A DNA stretch of 64,000 bases from an uncultured Pelagibacteraceae bacterium (GTDB taxonomy: Bacteria; Pseudomonadota; Alphaproteobacteria; Pelagibacterales; Pelagibacteraceae), in contig CACGSR010000004.1 of the NCBI GenBank assembly GCA_902575785.1, forward strand, positions 8,436-72,435. Reading direction: 5' to 3'. Of the stretch, positions 12,559 through 22,697 are shown piece by piece. Each line of letters starts with the position of its first letter. The stretch's first letter is position 1. Both the position numbers and the translations under genes were made by a program. The notes below the pieces were generated by a model. It had not been told where the DNA came from, searched no databases, and saw only the letters and a list, made by a program, of their open reading frames with translations.

Positions 12559-13533
12559 TTAGATTTGAATATTAATCAATGACTCAGGTAACTCTTCACC
12601 AAAGCACCTTTGATAATACTCAGCAATTGTATTTTTCTCCATATCATCACATTTATTTAAAAAAGTGACTCTAAATGCGTAACCAATATCTTTGAAAATT
12701 TCACTATTTTCAGCCCAATGCATAACTGTCCTTGGACTCATCACGGTAGAAATATCACCAGCAATAAAACCTTTTCTTGTTAAAGAGGCTACTTTTATCA
12801 TGTTAGCAACTTGTTCTTTACCTTTTGGATTATCAAAATTTTTGTTCTTAGATAATATTATTTCAAGCTCCCTCTCCAAACTAAGATAATTCAAAGTGGT
12901 CACTATATTCCACCTATCCATCTGTCCCTGGTTAATCTGTTGAGTACCATGGTAAAGCCCTGAGGTATCCCCTAGACCAACAGTATTTGAAGTTGCAAAT
13001 AATCTAAAAAATTTATTTTGTTTTATAACCTTATTTTTATCAAGAAGAGTGAAACTTCCCTCAGCCTCTAAAACTCTTTGGATTACAAACATTACGTCCG
13101 GTCTACCAGCATCATATTCATCAAACACCAGAGCAACTGGATTTTGTATTGACCAGGGTAAAATACCCTCGTTGAATTGAGTTATCTGTTTTCCATCTTT
13201 AAGAACTATCGCATCTTTTCCAATTAAATCTATTCTACTTATGTGGCTATCTAAGTTAACGCGAATACAAGGCCAATTTAATCTTGCAGCTATTTGCTCT
13301 ATATGGGTAGATTTACCAGTTCCGTGATAACCTTGTATCAAAACTCTTTTGTTGTGAGCAAAACCAGAAATAATTGCTAGAGTAGTATCTCTATCAAATT
13401 TGTAAGTCTTATCTATTTCAGGTACGTACTCATTTTTTTTGGAAAAAGCATCTACTTCCATTTCAGTATCAATGCCGAAAGTTTGTTTTAAAGATACTTT
13501 TATATCAGGTTGAATGTTAAGATTTGGGTTCAA
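12559..13533 (-). CDS. cobS: CobS-family AAA+ ATPase
   Basis: GYHGTGKST Walker [33 protein letters not shown]. Confidence 0.94.
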   Translation of the reverse strand: MNPNLNIQPDIKVSLKQTFGIDTEMEVDAFSKKNEYVPEIDKTYKFDRDTTLAIISGFAHNKRVLIQGYHGTGKSTHIEQIAARLNWPCIRVNLDSHISRIDLIGKDAIVLKDGKQITQFNEGILPWSIQNPVALVFDEYDAGRPDVMFVIQRVLEAEGSFTLLDKNKVIKQNKFFRLFATSNTVGLGDTSGLYHGTQQINQGQMDRWNIVTTLNYLSLERELEIILSKNKNFDNPKGKEQVANMIKVASLTRKGFIAGDISTVMSPRTVMHWAENSEIFKDIGYAFRVTFLNKCDDMEKNTIAEYYQRCFGEELPESLINIQI

Positions 13534-14050
13534 TTTTTTCTCTATAAGTATTTTTTAATTGCGTATAAGCTAAAGTAATTAGTTTTAATTTTTCTTCATA
13601 TTTTTTATTACCGGAATTCATATCAGGGTGAAATTTTTTAACAAGCACTTTGAATTTATCTTGAATTTTTTTCCATCTTAAACCGACTGAAACTCCCAAA
13701 ATTCCAAATGCTTTTATATCTTTATGATCAAATTTAAATTGACGCATATGATTAAAATCTCCGTTAAATCTATCTTTGTCTAGCTCATCTTTAAGAGTAT
13801 TATTCCACAAAACTTTAAAGAAATTATCTGAAGAACCAAAACTTTGTGTGGGTTTATGCCAAATCATATCAGATTTTAAAAATTTAATTACCTGGTCATC
13901 ATTCATTCCAGAAAAATAATTCCAATTTTTATTGAATTCTTTAACATGCTCTAAACAGAGCATTCTGAATTTTTTACTATTATCTTTCTCAACAGGTGCT
14001 CTATACTCACCAATCTTGTTACAATTTTTCCAGTCACAAATATACTTCAT
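13517..14050 (-). CDS. DnaJ-domain protein
   Basis: N-terminal CxWxxC...YRAP...CLEHV and C-terminal J domain with HPD; bolA-J-cobS-cobT synteny. Confidence 0.88.
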   Translation of the reverse strand: MKYICDWKNCNKIGEYRAPVEKDNSKKFRMLCLEHVKEFNKNWNYFSGMNDDQVIKFLKSDMIWHKPTQSFGSSDNFFKVLWNNTLKDELDKDRFNGDFNHMRQFKFDHKDIKAFGILGVSVGLRWKKIQDKFKVLVKKFHPDMNSGNKKYEEKLKLITLAYTQLKNTYREKIEPKS

Positions 14051-14067
14051 GATATATAATAATATTT

Positions 14068-14328
14068 ATGAATATAAATGAATTAATTGCAATTATAAAA
14101 AAAAAACTTTACAATAATTTTGATATTGAAGATATTTTAATTGAAGATAAATCTTATTTACACAAAAATCATTCAGGCAATGTAGAGGGTAAGTTTCATT
14201 TAAAAATTACTTTAACATCTTTTGAATTAAAAAAAATGAGTAAATTAGAGAGTAATAAAAAAATTTATAAAACTTTAGACAATGAATTAAAAAAATTCAT
14301 TCACTCTATACAACTTCTAATTACTTAA
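14068..14328 (+). CDS. bolA: BolA-family protein
   Basis: EDKSYLHKNH, HLKITL, IHSIQL; divergent from the J protein as in other alphaproteobacteria. Confidence 0.85.
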   Translation: MNINELIAIIKKKLYNNFDIEDILIEDKSYLHKNHSGNVEGKFHLKITLTSFELKKMSKLESNKKIYKTLDNELKKFIHSIQLLIT

Positions 14329-15423
14329 TTCACCTTTTAAAAATAATCCTAGATTTTCCTTTGTATACTTCTGATCAATTAATGGAGCGCCAATTTTTTT
14401 CAAAAGAACTAAACTGATTTTGTCTGAGTTGTTTTTTTTATCTTTAAGCATAAACTTAATAATTTTTTTAGTATCATTAATTCTAAAGTATTCTTTTAAT
14501 TCAGAAGGTAGATTACAATTATAGATATGATTTATAATTGAACTGTGTTCATTCTTTTTAATTAAATTTCTTTTTAAACTAAAGTTTAAAGCTGTTTTCA
14601 ATCCCAAAATAACAGCCTCTCCATGATTCAATCTTTTAGAGTAACCTAAAGATGCCTCATAAGCATGTGCAAAAGTATGACCAAAATTTAAAATTTTTCT
14701 TAATCCACCTTCTTTTTCATCTTTTTCAACTACATTTTTTTTTATTTTACAACTTTCATAAATTGCCTTTTCTATAAATGGGGATGTAAGTTTTAAAATT
14801 TCTTTACTATTTTTATTTAGAAATATATAGAAATTTTTATTAGCAATTAATGAATGTTTTAAAATTTCTCCATATCCACAAATTATTTCTCTTTTTGGAA
14901 GTGTCTTAAGAAATTGGGTATCTGAAATGACTAAATTTGGTTGATAAAAACTACCAATAAGATTTTTTCCATACTTTGTATTTACTCCAGTTTTTCCTCC
15001 AATAGATGAGTCAACTTGAGCCAAAAGTGTTGTGGGGATGTTTATAAATTTTATACCTCTTTTAAACAAACTAGCAGCAAAACTACTAATATCACCTGTT
15101 ATTCCGCCCCCCACAGAAATTATACAATCGTCCCTTAAAAAATTTTTTTTAAGTAAAAAATCTAAAATTTTATTAATATAATCTATATTTTTATTGATTT
15201 CATTTGCTTTGAAATAAAAAATAAAAATCTTTTTTTTATTTAAAGACTTTTTTATTTTTGAGATAAATTTTTTTGATATGTTTTTATCAACTATTAACAA
15301 ACAATTTTCAAATTTAATGGAGTTTTCTTTTAGTATTTTTGATAAGTTTGAAAGTAAATTTGATCCAATTAGAATTGGATATTCTTGGCTTTTTGTCTTT
15401 ATATTTAACTTAATGGGTTTCAT
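14317..15423 (-). CDS. aroB: 3-dehydroquinate synthase
   Basis: PTTLLAQVDSSIGGKTG, LNFGHTFAHAYE, HGEAV. Confidence 0.96.
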   Translation of the reverse strand: MKPIKLNIKTKSQEYPILIGSNLLSNLSKILKENSIKFENCLLIVDKNISKKFISKIKKSLNKKKIFIFYFKANEINKNIDYINKILDFLLKKNFLRDDCIISVGGGITGDISSFAASLFKRGIKFINIPTTLLAQVDSSIGGKTGVNTKYGKNLIGSFYQPNLVISDTQFLKTLPKREIICGYGEILKHSLIANKNFYIFLNKNSKEILKLTSPFIEKAIYESCKIKKNVVEKDEKEGGLRKILNFGHTFAHAYEASLGYSKRLNHGEAVILGLKTALNFSLKRNLIKKNEHSSIINHIYNCNLPSELKEYFRINDTKKIIKFMLKDKKNNSDKISLVLLKKIGAPLIDQKYTKENLGLFLKGELSN

Positions 15424-15922
15424 AAATTTTTAAAACTTTATCAATAACTTGTTTTTTTGACAAATTATCACATTTTATTTCATACAAAGCTTTAGAATAA
15501 ACGTTATTTCGTTTTTTTATTAAATCAACTAATTGATTATCTGTCGCATTAAATGCCAAAGGTCTTTTTTTGCTATATTTAATTCTTTTTAATAAAACAG
15601 TTGTATTCCAATTTAACCAAAAGGAAACACTGCTCTTCAAGACCTCTTTTCTTATTGATTTATTTATAAAAGCTCCCCCACCAAGTGAAATAACCACTGA
15701 GTCAAGTTTAAGCTTTTTAAGAGTAATTTTCTCCTCAAATTTTCTAAAAAAATTTTCACCCTTAGTCTCAAATATCTTTTTGATAGATATTCCTAATTCT
15801 TTTTCAATTTCTTTATCAATATCTACAAAAGTTAATTTCAATTTTTTTGCAATTTGCAAACCAATTGAACTCTTTCCAGATCCCATCATTCCTAAAAAAA
15901 CAAGATTTTCTTTTGTTTCCAT
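15410..15922 (-). CDS. aroK: Shikimate kinase
   Basis: GMMGSGKS, GENFFRKFE, SLGGG, RPL. Confidence 0.95.
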   Translation of the reverse strand: METKENLVFLGMMGSGKSSIGLQIAKKLKLTFVDIDKEIEKELGISIKKIFETKGENFFRKFEEKITLKKLKLDSVVISLGGGAFINKSIRKEVLKSSVSFWLNWNTTVLLKRIKYSKKRPLAFNATDNQLVDLIKKRNNVYSKALYEIKCDNLSKKQVIDKVLKIYETH

Positions 15923-15979
15923 AAGTTTCTATATTGAAAAAACACAAATATGTCTTATTTTGAAATTAATTAAAACTAT

Positions 15980-16159
15980 ATGCAATTCGTTAAAAAAACA
16001 AGTTTGAGAAGAAATATTCTTGGTTTAGTATTTAAATTAGCTTTAGTTTTTATTGTAATTCTTGGAGTTATATTTTTACTAAATAAAATCGAATATCCTT
16101 CACCAAATAAAGAAATAGAAAAAATAATTCCTAATGAAAATTTTAAGATTATTAAATAG
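15980..16159 (+). CDS. Small single-TM protein, 59 aa (missing from ORF track)
   Basis: Read by hand: MQFVKKTSLRRNILGLVFKLALVFIVILGVIFLLNKIEYPSPNKEIEKIIPNENFKIIK*; fills the gap and overlaps the next gene's start. Confidence 0.75.
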   Translation: MQFVKKTSLRRNILGLVFKLALVFIVILGVIFLLNKIEYPSPNKEIEKIIPNENFKIIK

Positions 16160-17903
16160 ATATTTCTATTTTTTCGTATTGTATTTTTTTTTAGGACTCA
16201 ACTCTTTAGCAGAGGATCAACCTGCAGACATCTGGAATACACAAGAACTAGTTTCCTCTCCCTCTGAAAATCAATCACTAGAACTTAATAAGAATGACCT
16301 TCCCGTTAAGGAAAATGAAATGAGTATATATAAAATGCAATCTCAGAGAAATTCTAGCTCAATAGAAGTTAATATGACACCTAAAACAAATGAATTAAAA
16401 ATTATAGGATTATATGATCCAAGTGATTATGATCTAGACATAAACATGTGGTCTAACTCTGATGGTGATCAACTCAAAAATATTTTTTCAAAATTAAACA
16501 AACTCAAGCTCTCAAATGATGCAAAAGAGATTCTTAATATTTCCTTACTTACAAACGCTCATAGTCCTAAAAAAAATATTACAAACAAAGAGTTTTTAAA
16601 ATTCAAAACTAATTGGCTAATAAGAAATTCTGACCTTAATTTAATTGAAAATTATTTAATTAAAAATCAAATTATCAATTCTCATCCAAAACTTACAAAG
16701 TATTTCTTAGATGAGCACTTATCTGTAGGGAATATTAATAAAGTTTGTGAGATGTTTGAAAAAAACTCAGAAGTTATTAATGATGATTATATAAGTAAAT
16801 ATTTAATATATTGTTTAATTAAGAATGACAGAATTGAAGAAGCAAAACTTATTTATGATCTCAAAAAGGAACTTGGATTCAAAGATAAATATTTTGATAA
16901 TAAGATAAATATTTTATTTAATTATAGCTCTAAAACTGACGATGCAATTTCTGAAGACTCTATACTAGATTTTTTTCTTGCCCATAAAACAAATCCAAAT
17001 TTTTCGTTTGATCCTAATGAAAAAACAAAAAAGATAATATGGAAATATCTTTCATCAGCGAATTTACTTACCTCTTTTAAAGAGATTGAGGTTACAGAAT
17101 TAGAAAAAATTTCTTTAATTGAAAAAGCTGTTAATAATAAGAATTATCCAGAAAAAGATTTATTTGATTTATATAAAAGATTTCAATTTAATATAAATCA
17201 ACTTTTAGACGCAGAGAGTTTTTATAAGTCTTTAACAAATATTGAGGGTAGAGCGCTGATTTATCAAAAAATTCTTCTTGAGTCTGAGATTGAGAATAAA
17301 CTTAAATTGCTTAAGATTTTGAAAGAGTCATTTAAAAAAGAAAATTTAGAAAATGCTTTTGATATTGAACTTAAAAAATTCTTGAGGGAAATAAATCCAG
17401 ATAATATTTCAGATAATTTGTCAAATTTTTATTATTCAAATATTGCAAATGATAATATTGATAAAAAGAAAATAAAATTTAATAACGATGTATTACATCA
17501 ATCGAAACTGATAAATTATTTTAATGGCGACTATTCAGAGTCGAAAATTGAGAAAGATGTAAATAATTATCTAAAAAAAATCAAAAGAAATAAGAAATAT
17601 TTCTTTTCAATGAAAGATCAAATTTTTATAGAGTCATTGAAATCAGATGGAGTAAAATTAGATAAGAAATATAATGATTTATATAAAAAAGATTTATCAG
17701 AGATGCCAACCGATATTCAGGTAATGATTAATAATGATGAAAAAGGTGCTGCTTTATTGAGAATAGTTGAGGTAATAGGTCAAGATGAACTCGAAAGAAT
17801 TGATGATGAAACAATTTCTTTTATAATTAGTACCTTAAATCAATTAAATATTGACATAATCAGAAACAAAATTTTATTAAAAGTTCTGCCTTTAAAAGTT
17901 TAA
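16134..17903 (+). CDS. Exported, probably alpha-helical hypothetical protein, 589 aa
   Basis: Signal-peptide-like N-terminus (…LNSLA-E), GLYDP..LDINMWSNSDG segment; function unknown. Confidence 0.8.
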   Translation: MKILRLLNRYFYFFVLYFFLGLNSLAEDQPADIWNTQELVSSPSENQSLELNKNDLPVKENEMSIYKMQSQRNSSSIEVNMTPKTNELKIIGLYDPSDYDLDINMWSNSDGDQLKNIFSKLNKLKLSNDAKEILNISLLTNAHSPKKNITNKEFLKFKTNWLIRNSDLNLIENYLIKNQIINSHPKLTKYFLDEHLSVGNINKVCEMFEKNSEVINDDYISKYLIYCLIKNDRIEEAKLIYDLKKELGFKDKYFDNKINILFNYSSKTDDAISEDSILDFFLAHKTNPNFSFDPNEKTKKIIWKYLSSANLLTSFKEIEVTELEKISLIEKAVNNKNYPEKDLFDLYKRFQFNINQLLDAESFYKSLTNIEGRALIYQKILLESEIENKLKLLKILKESFKKENLENAFDIELKKFLREINPDNISDNLSNFYYSNIANDNIDKKKIKFNNDVLHQSKLINYFNGDYSESKIEKDVNNYLKKIKRNKKYFFSMKDQIFIESLKSDGVKLDKKYNDLYKKDLSEMPTDIQVMINNDEKGAALLRIVEVIGQDELERIDDETISFIISTLNQLNIDIIRNKILLKVLPLKV

Positions 17904-17925
17904 AAATTAGTTTATTTGTTTACTA

Positions 17926-18450
17926 ATGACAATCAAAGATATCATTACAGTGCCAGATGAAACCTTAAAAAAAATTTCAGACCCTATTGAAAAGATTGGA
18001 ATAAACGAAAAAAAACTTATCAAAGATTTAATTGATACGATGTATGATTCTAATGGTATCGGACTGGCAGCGGTTCAAGTTGGTATACTTAAAAGAATCT
18101 TAGTTATTGACGTTTCAGCAAAAGATGAAAAAAAAAACCCAATGAGCTTTATTAATCCTGTTATTAAAAAATTTAGTAATGAAACCTCAATATATGAAGA
18201 GGGATGTTTGTCGATACCAGAAACTTTTATAGAAATTGAACGACCAAAAACTTGTGAGGTCGAATATGTTGATATCAATGGTGATCAAAAAATTTTAAAA
18301 TGTGATGGACTGTTATCAACTTGCCTTCAGCATGAGATAAACCATTTAGATGGTAAACTAATAATTGATTACTTATCAAAATTAAAAAGAGATTTAATAA
18401 TCAAGAAAATTTCAAAATCAAAAAAGAATCTAAATAGAATAATAGTTTGA
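17926..18450 (+). CDS. def: Peptide deformylase
   Basis: GIGLAAVQ, EGCLS, QHEINHLDG. Confidence 0.97.
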   Translation: MTIKDIITVPDETLKKISDPIEKIGINEKKLIKDLIDTMYDSNGIGLAAVQVGILKRILVIDVSAKDEKKNPMSFINPVIKKFSNETSIYEEGCLSIPETFIEIERPKTCEVEYVDINGDQKILKCDGLLSTCLQHEINHLDGKLIIDYLSKLKRDLIIKKISKSKKNLNRIIV

Positions 18451-18452
18451 TC

Positions 18453-19385
18453 ATGTCAAAAAAGATTATTTTCATGGGTACCCCAATATTCGCTGTGCCA
18501 ATTTTAAAATCTCTTCATTTTAACGGTTATCCAATAACAGTAGTGTATACCCAGCCTCCCAAAAAATCTTATCGGGGTCAAAAGATAAATAAATCACCAA
18601 TCCAAGATATATCTGAAAATTTGAATATAAAATTTAGATGTCCACAAAAATTAAAAGATAACTTGCAGGAGTATGAGTTCTTGAAAAAAATCGATGCTGA
18701 CCTTTCGATAGTTGTAGCTTATGGGCAAATTATACCTAAAGAATTTTTGAATTTAACTAAAAAAGGTTTTTTTAACATTCATGCATCTATACTTCCAAGA
18801 TGGAGGGGAGCAGCTCCTATTCAGAGATCAATTATGAATTTAGATGAGGAAATAGGAATAAGTATTATGAAAATGAATAAAGATTTGGATAGTGGACCTT
18901 TAAGCAACATATATAAGATAAAACTTGATAAAAAACTCAATGCTATGGAAGTTTCAGAAAAACTTTCACTCCTAGCAGCTGATAAAATTTTAGATAATGT
19001 AAAGAGTATACTCGATGGAAAATCAAAATTTATTGACCAAGATCACTCAATTGCGACTTATGCAAAAAAAATTATTAAAAGTGAAGGACAAATTAATTGG
19101 AATGATGATGCTTTGATGATTATTGGAAAAATTAATGGACTCTATCCATTTCCAGGAGCTTTTTTTAATTTTAATGGTGAGAGATATAAAATTTTAAGAG
19201 CGGAAATAGGCCATGGCAATGGTAAGAATGGGGAAGTAATTTCAGATGGACTTGAAATTGGATGTGGTGATAATAAATCAATTAAAGTTCTTGAAATTCA
19301 AAGAGAGGGGAAAAAAGTTCAAAAAATTCATGAGTTTTTACCTGGATCTCAAATTAAAAAAGGCTCTATAATTCATTATGTTTAA
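18453..19385 (+). CDS. fmt: Methionyl-tRNA formyltransferase
   Basis: IIFMGTPIFA, VVAYG, NIHASILPRWRGAAPIQR. Confidence 0.96.
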   Translation: MSKKIIFMGTPIFAVPILKSLHFNGYPITVVYTQPPKKSYRGQKINKSPIQDISENLNIKFRCPQKLKDNLQEYEFLKKIDADLSIVVAYGQIIPKEFLNLTKKGFFNIHASILPRWRGAAPIQRSIMNLDEEIGISIMKMNKDLDSGPLSNIYKIKLDKKLNAMEVSEKLSLLAADKILDNVKSILDGKSKFIDQDHSIATYAKKIIKSEGQINWNDDALMIIGKINGLYPFPGAFFNFNGERYKILRAEIGHGNGKNGEVISDGLEIGCGDNKSIKVLEIQREGKKVQKIHEFLPGSQIKKGSIIHYV

Positions 19386-20118
19386 GTTTCAGGTATTAAT
19401 AGAGTATGTTGGAACTAATTTTAGAGGTTGGCAGATCCAAACAAAAGGGAAAACCATACAAGGTTTAGTTCAAAATAAAATTTCAAAACTTTTAAAAGAA
19501 AAAATTATTTTGGTAGGAGCTGGCAGATTGGATAAAGGAGTTCACGCAACTGAACAATCAGCTCACTTTGAGTGTAAAACAAAGATTTTGAATTTAGACA
19601 AATTTCTTAAATCATTAAATCATTTTCTAAATAAAGAGATGATTACTGTTCTTAGGATTAAAAAACGAGGTAAAGATTTTCATGCAAGATATTCTGCAAA
19701 AATGAGAATATATAGATACGTAATAATTAATCGTTTGAGTAGACCAATGTTGGAAAAAAACAGAGGTTGGCATGTTATGAATAAACTTGATGTTAAGATG
19801 ATGAAAAAAGCGGCAAAAGAGTTAATTGGAACAAATGATTTTTCAACTTTTAGAGCATCAACTTGTAGGGCAAAAAGTCCGGTTAAGACTATGAAATCTG
19901 TCAAAATAAAATCTAATAACAATAATATAGATATAGAGTTCCAATCTCAATCTTTTTTACAACAACAGGTTCGTTCAATGGTTGGTTGTTTAAAATACGT
20001 AGGTGAGAAAAAATGGACTTTGAAAAAATTTATTTCTGTTATTAAATTAAAAAATAGGACTTTATGTGCACCTCCCGCACCACCTGAGGGTCTTTATTTA
20101 TCAAAAGTTATTTATTAA
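19378..20118 (+). CDS. truA: tRNA pseudouridine(38-40) synthase
   Basis: GWQIQ, AGRLDKGVHA, FHARYSA, DFSTFR, FLQQQVRSMVG, APPEGLYL. Confidence 0.95.
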   Translation: MFKFQVLIEYVGTNFRGWQIQTKGKTIQGLVQNKISKLLKEKIILVGAGRLDKGVHATEQSAHFECKTKILNLDKFLKSLNHFLNKEMITVLRIKKRGKDFHARYSAKMRIYRYVIINRLSRPMLEKNRGWHVMNKLDVKMMKKAAKELIGTNDFSTFRASTCRAKSPVKTMKSVKIKSNNNNIDIEFQSQSFLQQQVRSMVGCLKYVGEKKWTLKKFISVIKLKNRTLCAPPAPPEGLYLSKVIY

Positions 20119-20587
20119 ATTTTTTATTGCTCATAGCAAATTTTTTACTAATTCGCCATCTAGACTCTTCTCTAACAATATAACCACAACAATTTTTTGA
20201 GCCACATTTACAAGGAAATTGTTTATAGTCTTTATCGAAACCAAAACCATAATCACAAGTGAACTCCTCCCCCATTTTAATATCGCGTTTTGCGGAAATC
20301 CAAACCTTAAGACCTTTACCATTGTAATCACAATTGTTATCACAACTGTGATTAATCAGTCCTGCAGTATTCCAAGGAAAATCTCCATCAAGGGTATATT
20401 TTTTATTTAATGTGAATAAATAAATACGTTTTTTATTATCGAATTTATTTGACTCATCCACCTCTTTATTAGTAATAATTTTTCCAATGTAATTTATTAT
20501 TTTTGTGCCTTTTTTAATATCACGTGAAGCATAGAGACCTCGACCTTTGTCATCAATTTTAGATTTTTTAATCTTATACAATTTCAT
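20108..20587 (-). CDS. SET-domain protein-lysine methyltransferase
   Basis: GRGLYA, INHSCDNN, GEEFTCDYG, post-SET CKCGSKNCCG. Confidence 0.92.
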   Translation of the reverse strand: MKLYKIKKSKIDDKGRGLYASRDIKKGTKIINYIGKIITNKEVDESNKFDNKKRIYLFTLNKKYTLDGDFPWNTAGLINHSCDNNCDYNGKGLKVWISAKRDIKMGEEFTCDYGFGFDKDYKQFPCKCGSKNCCGYIVREESRWRISKKFAMSNKKFNK

Positions 20588-20617
20588 TAGCGTGGTTTAC
20601 AATTAAAATTAAATTTA

Positions 20618-21541
20618 TCAATTGTATTCAATAAGACCGTTTACATGCTCATTTGCACTTTCAGCTAGTGCATTTAGATCATAACCACCTTCAAGAATTG
20701 AGATAACTTTGCCTTGAGTGAAATCTTTAGTAGCAGCTAAAGTTCTTTTTGTTATCTCATAAAAGTCTTTTGAGCTTAGTTGAAATTGAGCCAAAGGATC
20801 ATCTTTATGTGCATCAAAACCTGCTGAGAATATTAGAAATTCAGGTTTATATTGAATTAATCTTTCTAAGACCCTATCGAATGCATTAAAATATTGTTCA
20901 GAGTTAGTGCCTGCAGGCAAAGGAATATTTAAAGAATTGTTAAAGTCCCCTTTATCTTTATCCGTTCCTCCTCCTGGATAAAAAGGATATTGATGTGTAG
21001 AAATATATAATGAATTTTTATTATCACGCATTACATCATAGTTTCCATTGCCCCAATGGACATCAAAATCTACACATGCTATTTTTCTATAATTATATTT
21101 ATTTATTAAATAGTTCATCGCGATCCCTGCATTAGATATACAGCAAAATCCCATCGCTTTATTTTTTTCAGCATGATGTCCAGGAGGCCTTGCTAAACAA
21201 AATGCATTTTTAAATTGATTATTTTCTATTCCGTCTATAGCTCTTATTGTTGATCCTGCAGCTTCAAAAATAGCTTTCTTACTAGAAGGTGACACAACTG
21301 TATCCCCATCCAGAAAGTTAAGACCTTTTTGCGGAAATGAGTTTTTCAAATTATTGATGTAATCTTTTGAATGTGTCATTTCTAATATTTTTTCTGGTAC
21401 TATGTCTGGTTTTTCCCAAATAAGATCATTTCTTTTTTTTAATTTTTCTTTTATTGCAATTACTCTTTTAGGTTGTTCAGGGTGACCATCACCTGTGAAA
21501 TGTTTTTCGTAGGACTCAGAGTTTATAATTGCTGTTTTCAT
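20618..21541 (-). CDS. Zn-dependent histone-deacetylase-family protein
   Basis: HPEQPKR, RPPGHHA, GFC, DFDVHWGNG, SAGFDAH, LEGGY. Confidence 0.93.
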   Translation of the reverse strand: MKTAIINSESYEKHFTGDGHPEQPKRVIAIKEKLKKRNDLIWEKPDIVPEKILEMTHSKDYINNLKNSFPQKGLNFLDGDTVVSPSSKKAIFEAAGSTIRAIDGIENNQFKNAFCLARPPGHHAEKNKAMGFCCISNAGIAMNYLINKYNYRKIACVDFDVHWGNGNYDVMRDNKNSLYISTHQYPFYPGGGTDKDKGDFNNSLNIPLPAGTNSEQYFNAFDRVLERLIQYKPEFLIFSAGFDAHKDDPLAQFQLSSKDFYEITKRTLAATKDFTQGKVISILEGGYDLNALAESANEHVNGLIEYN

Positions 21542-22695
21542 TTAAAATAGCTTTGTAATATTTTAGAGTATATTCTTGTAAGATTTCTTAAATCTTTTAA
21601 AGATACTGCTTCGTCTACTTTGTGCATGGTTTTTCCAACTAAACCAAATTCAAGTCCAGGGCATATAGTTTTTATAAATCTTAGATCTGATGTTCCACCT
21701 GTGGTAGACAACTTTGGTGTAGTTTTGGTAATTTTTCTAATAATATTTCGTACCATAAATGTTGTTTTATTAGGTTTTGTTAAGAATGCTTCACCAGAGA
21801 CTTTATACTGAATCTTAAATTTTGATTTATGTTTTTTATTTATTTTTTTTAAAATTTTGTTTAGCTTCTTTTTTATAGATTTTGAAGAGTGAATATTGTT
21901 AAACCTTATATTAAAAGTTGCTTCAGCAGTTGCTGGAATAATGTTATCTGCTGTATTTTCTATGTTAATCTTCGTTACCTCTAAGTTAGTAGGTTGAAAA
22001 TTTTTTGTACCTTTGTCAAATTTGATATCTTTTAATTCTTTTAAAATTTTTACAATTATAGTCGAAGGATTATTTGCCCTTTGTGGATATGCCACATGAC
22101 CTTGTAAACCAAAGATGATTAATTTGCCAGTTAAGCTACCTCTCCGACCAATTTTTATCATTTCACCTAATATATTAGGATTTGTTGGTTCGCCTACCAA
22201 ACAGAAATTTATTTTCTCTCTCCTTTTTTTTAAATATTCTACAACCTTTTTTGTACCATTGACCGCATCACCTTCTTCATCTCCCGTAATTAATAAACTA
22301 ATTGATCCATTAAATTCTTTATTTTTCGACAAAAAATCACTTACCGCAGACACAAAAGCTGCAATAGAGCTCTTCATGTCATTAGCGCCCCTACCGATTA
22401 AATGACCGTTTTTTATAGATGGTTTAAAAGGATTTACTGTCCATCTTTTTATATTTCCTGGTGGAACAACATCTACATGACCTGCATAACAAAAATTTGG
22501 TCCTTTAGTTCCTATTCTTGCGTATAAATTTTTAACAGGTTGAAAACCTTTTTCTTTAAATTCTAGAATTTTCGTTTTGAAACCTAATTTTTTTAATTTT
22601 TTTTCTAAAAAATTCATCACTCCAGCATCAACAGGAGTTATTGAGGGAAATTTTATTAGCTCTTTAGCTAATTGTAATTCGCTTAAAATTTTCAT
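21538..22695 (-). CDS. dapE: Succinyl-diaminopimelate desuccinylase
   Basis: AGHVDVVP, GRGANDMK, GDEE, GEP, GHVAYP, GGTSD, MHKVDE. Confidence 0.95.
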   Translation of the reverse strand: MKILSELQLAKELIKFPSITPVDAGVMNFLEKKLKKLGFKTKILEFKEKGFQPVKNLYARIGTKGPNFCYAGHVDVVPPGNIKRWTVNPFKPSIKNGHLIGRGANDMKSSIAAFVSAVSDFLSKNKEFNGSISLLITGDEEGDAVNGTKKVVEYLKKRREKINFCLVGEPTNPNILGEMIKIGRRGSLTGKLIIFGLQGHVAYPQRANNPSTIIVKILKELKDIKFDKGTKNFQPTNLEVTKINIENTADNIIPATAEATFNIRFNNIHSSKSIKKKLNKILKKINKKHKSKFKIQYKVSGEAFLTKPNKTTFMVRNIIRKITKTTPKLSTTGGTSDLRFIKTICPGLEFGLVGKTMHKVDEAVSLKDLRNLTRIYSKILQSYFK

Positions 22696-22697
22696 TT

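Noticed and set aside
15570-16007. 145-aa plus-strand ORF and the many other 60-110 aa antisense ORFs in the track
   Set aside because: They lie opposite well-supported genes and show Ile/Phe/Leu/Ser-rich shadow composition with no motifs
19519-19548. TruA motif RLDKGVHA instead of RTDAGVHA
   Set aside because: Catalytic Asp and Arg are retained; probably ordinary drift
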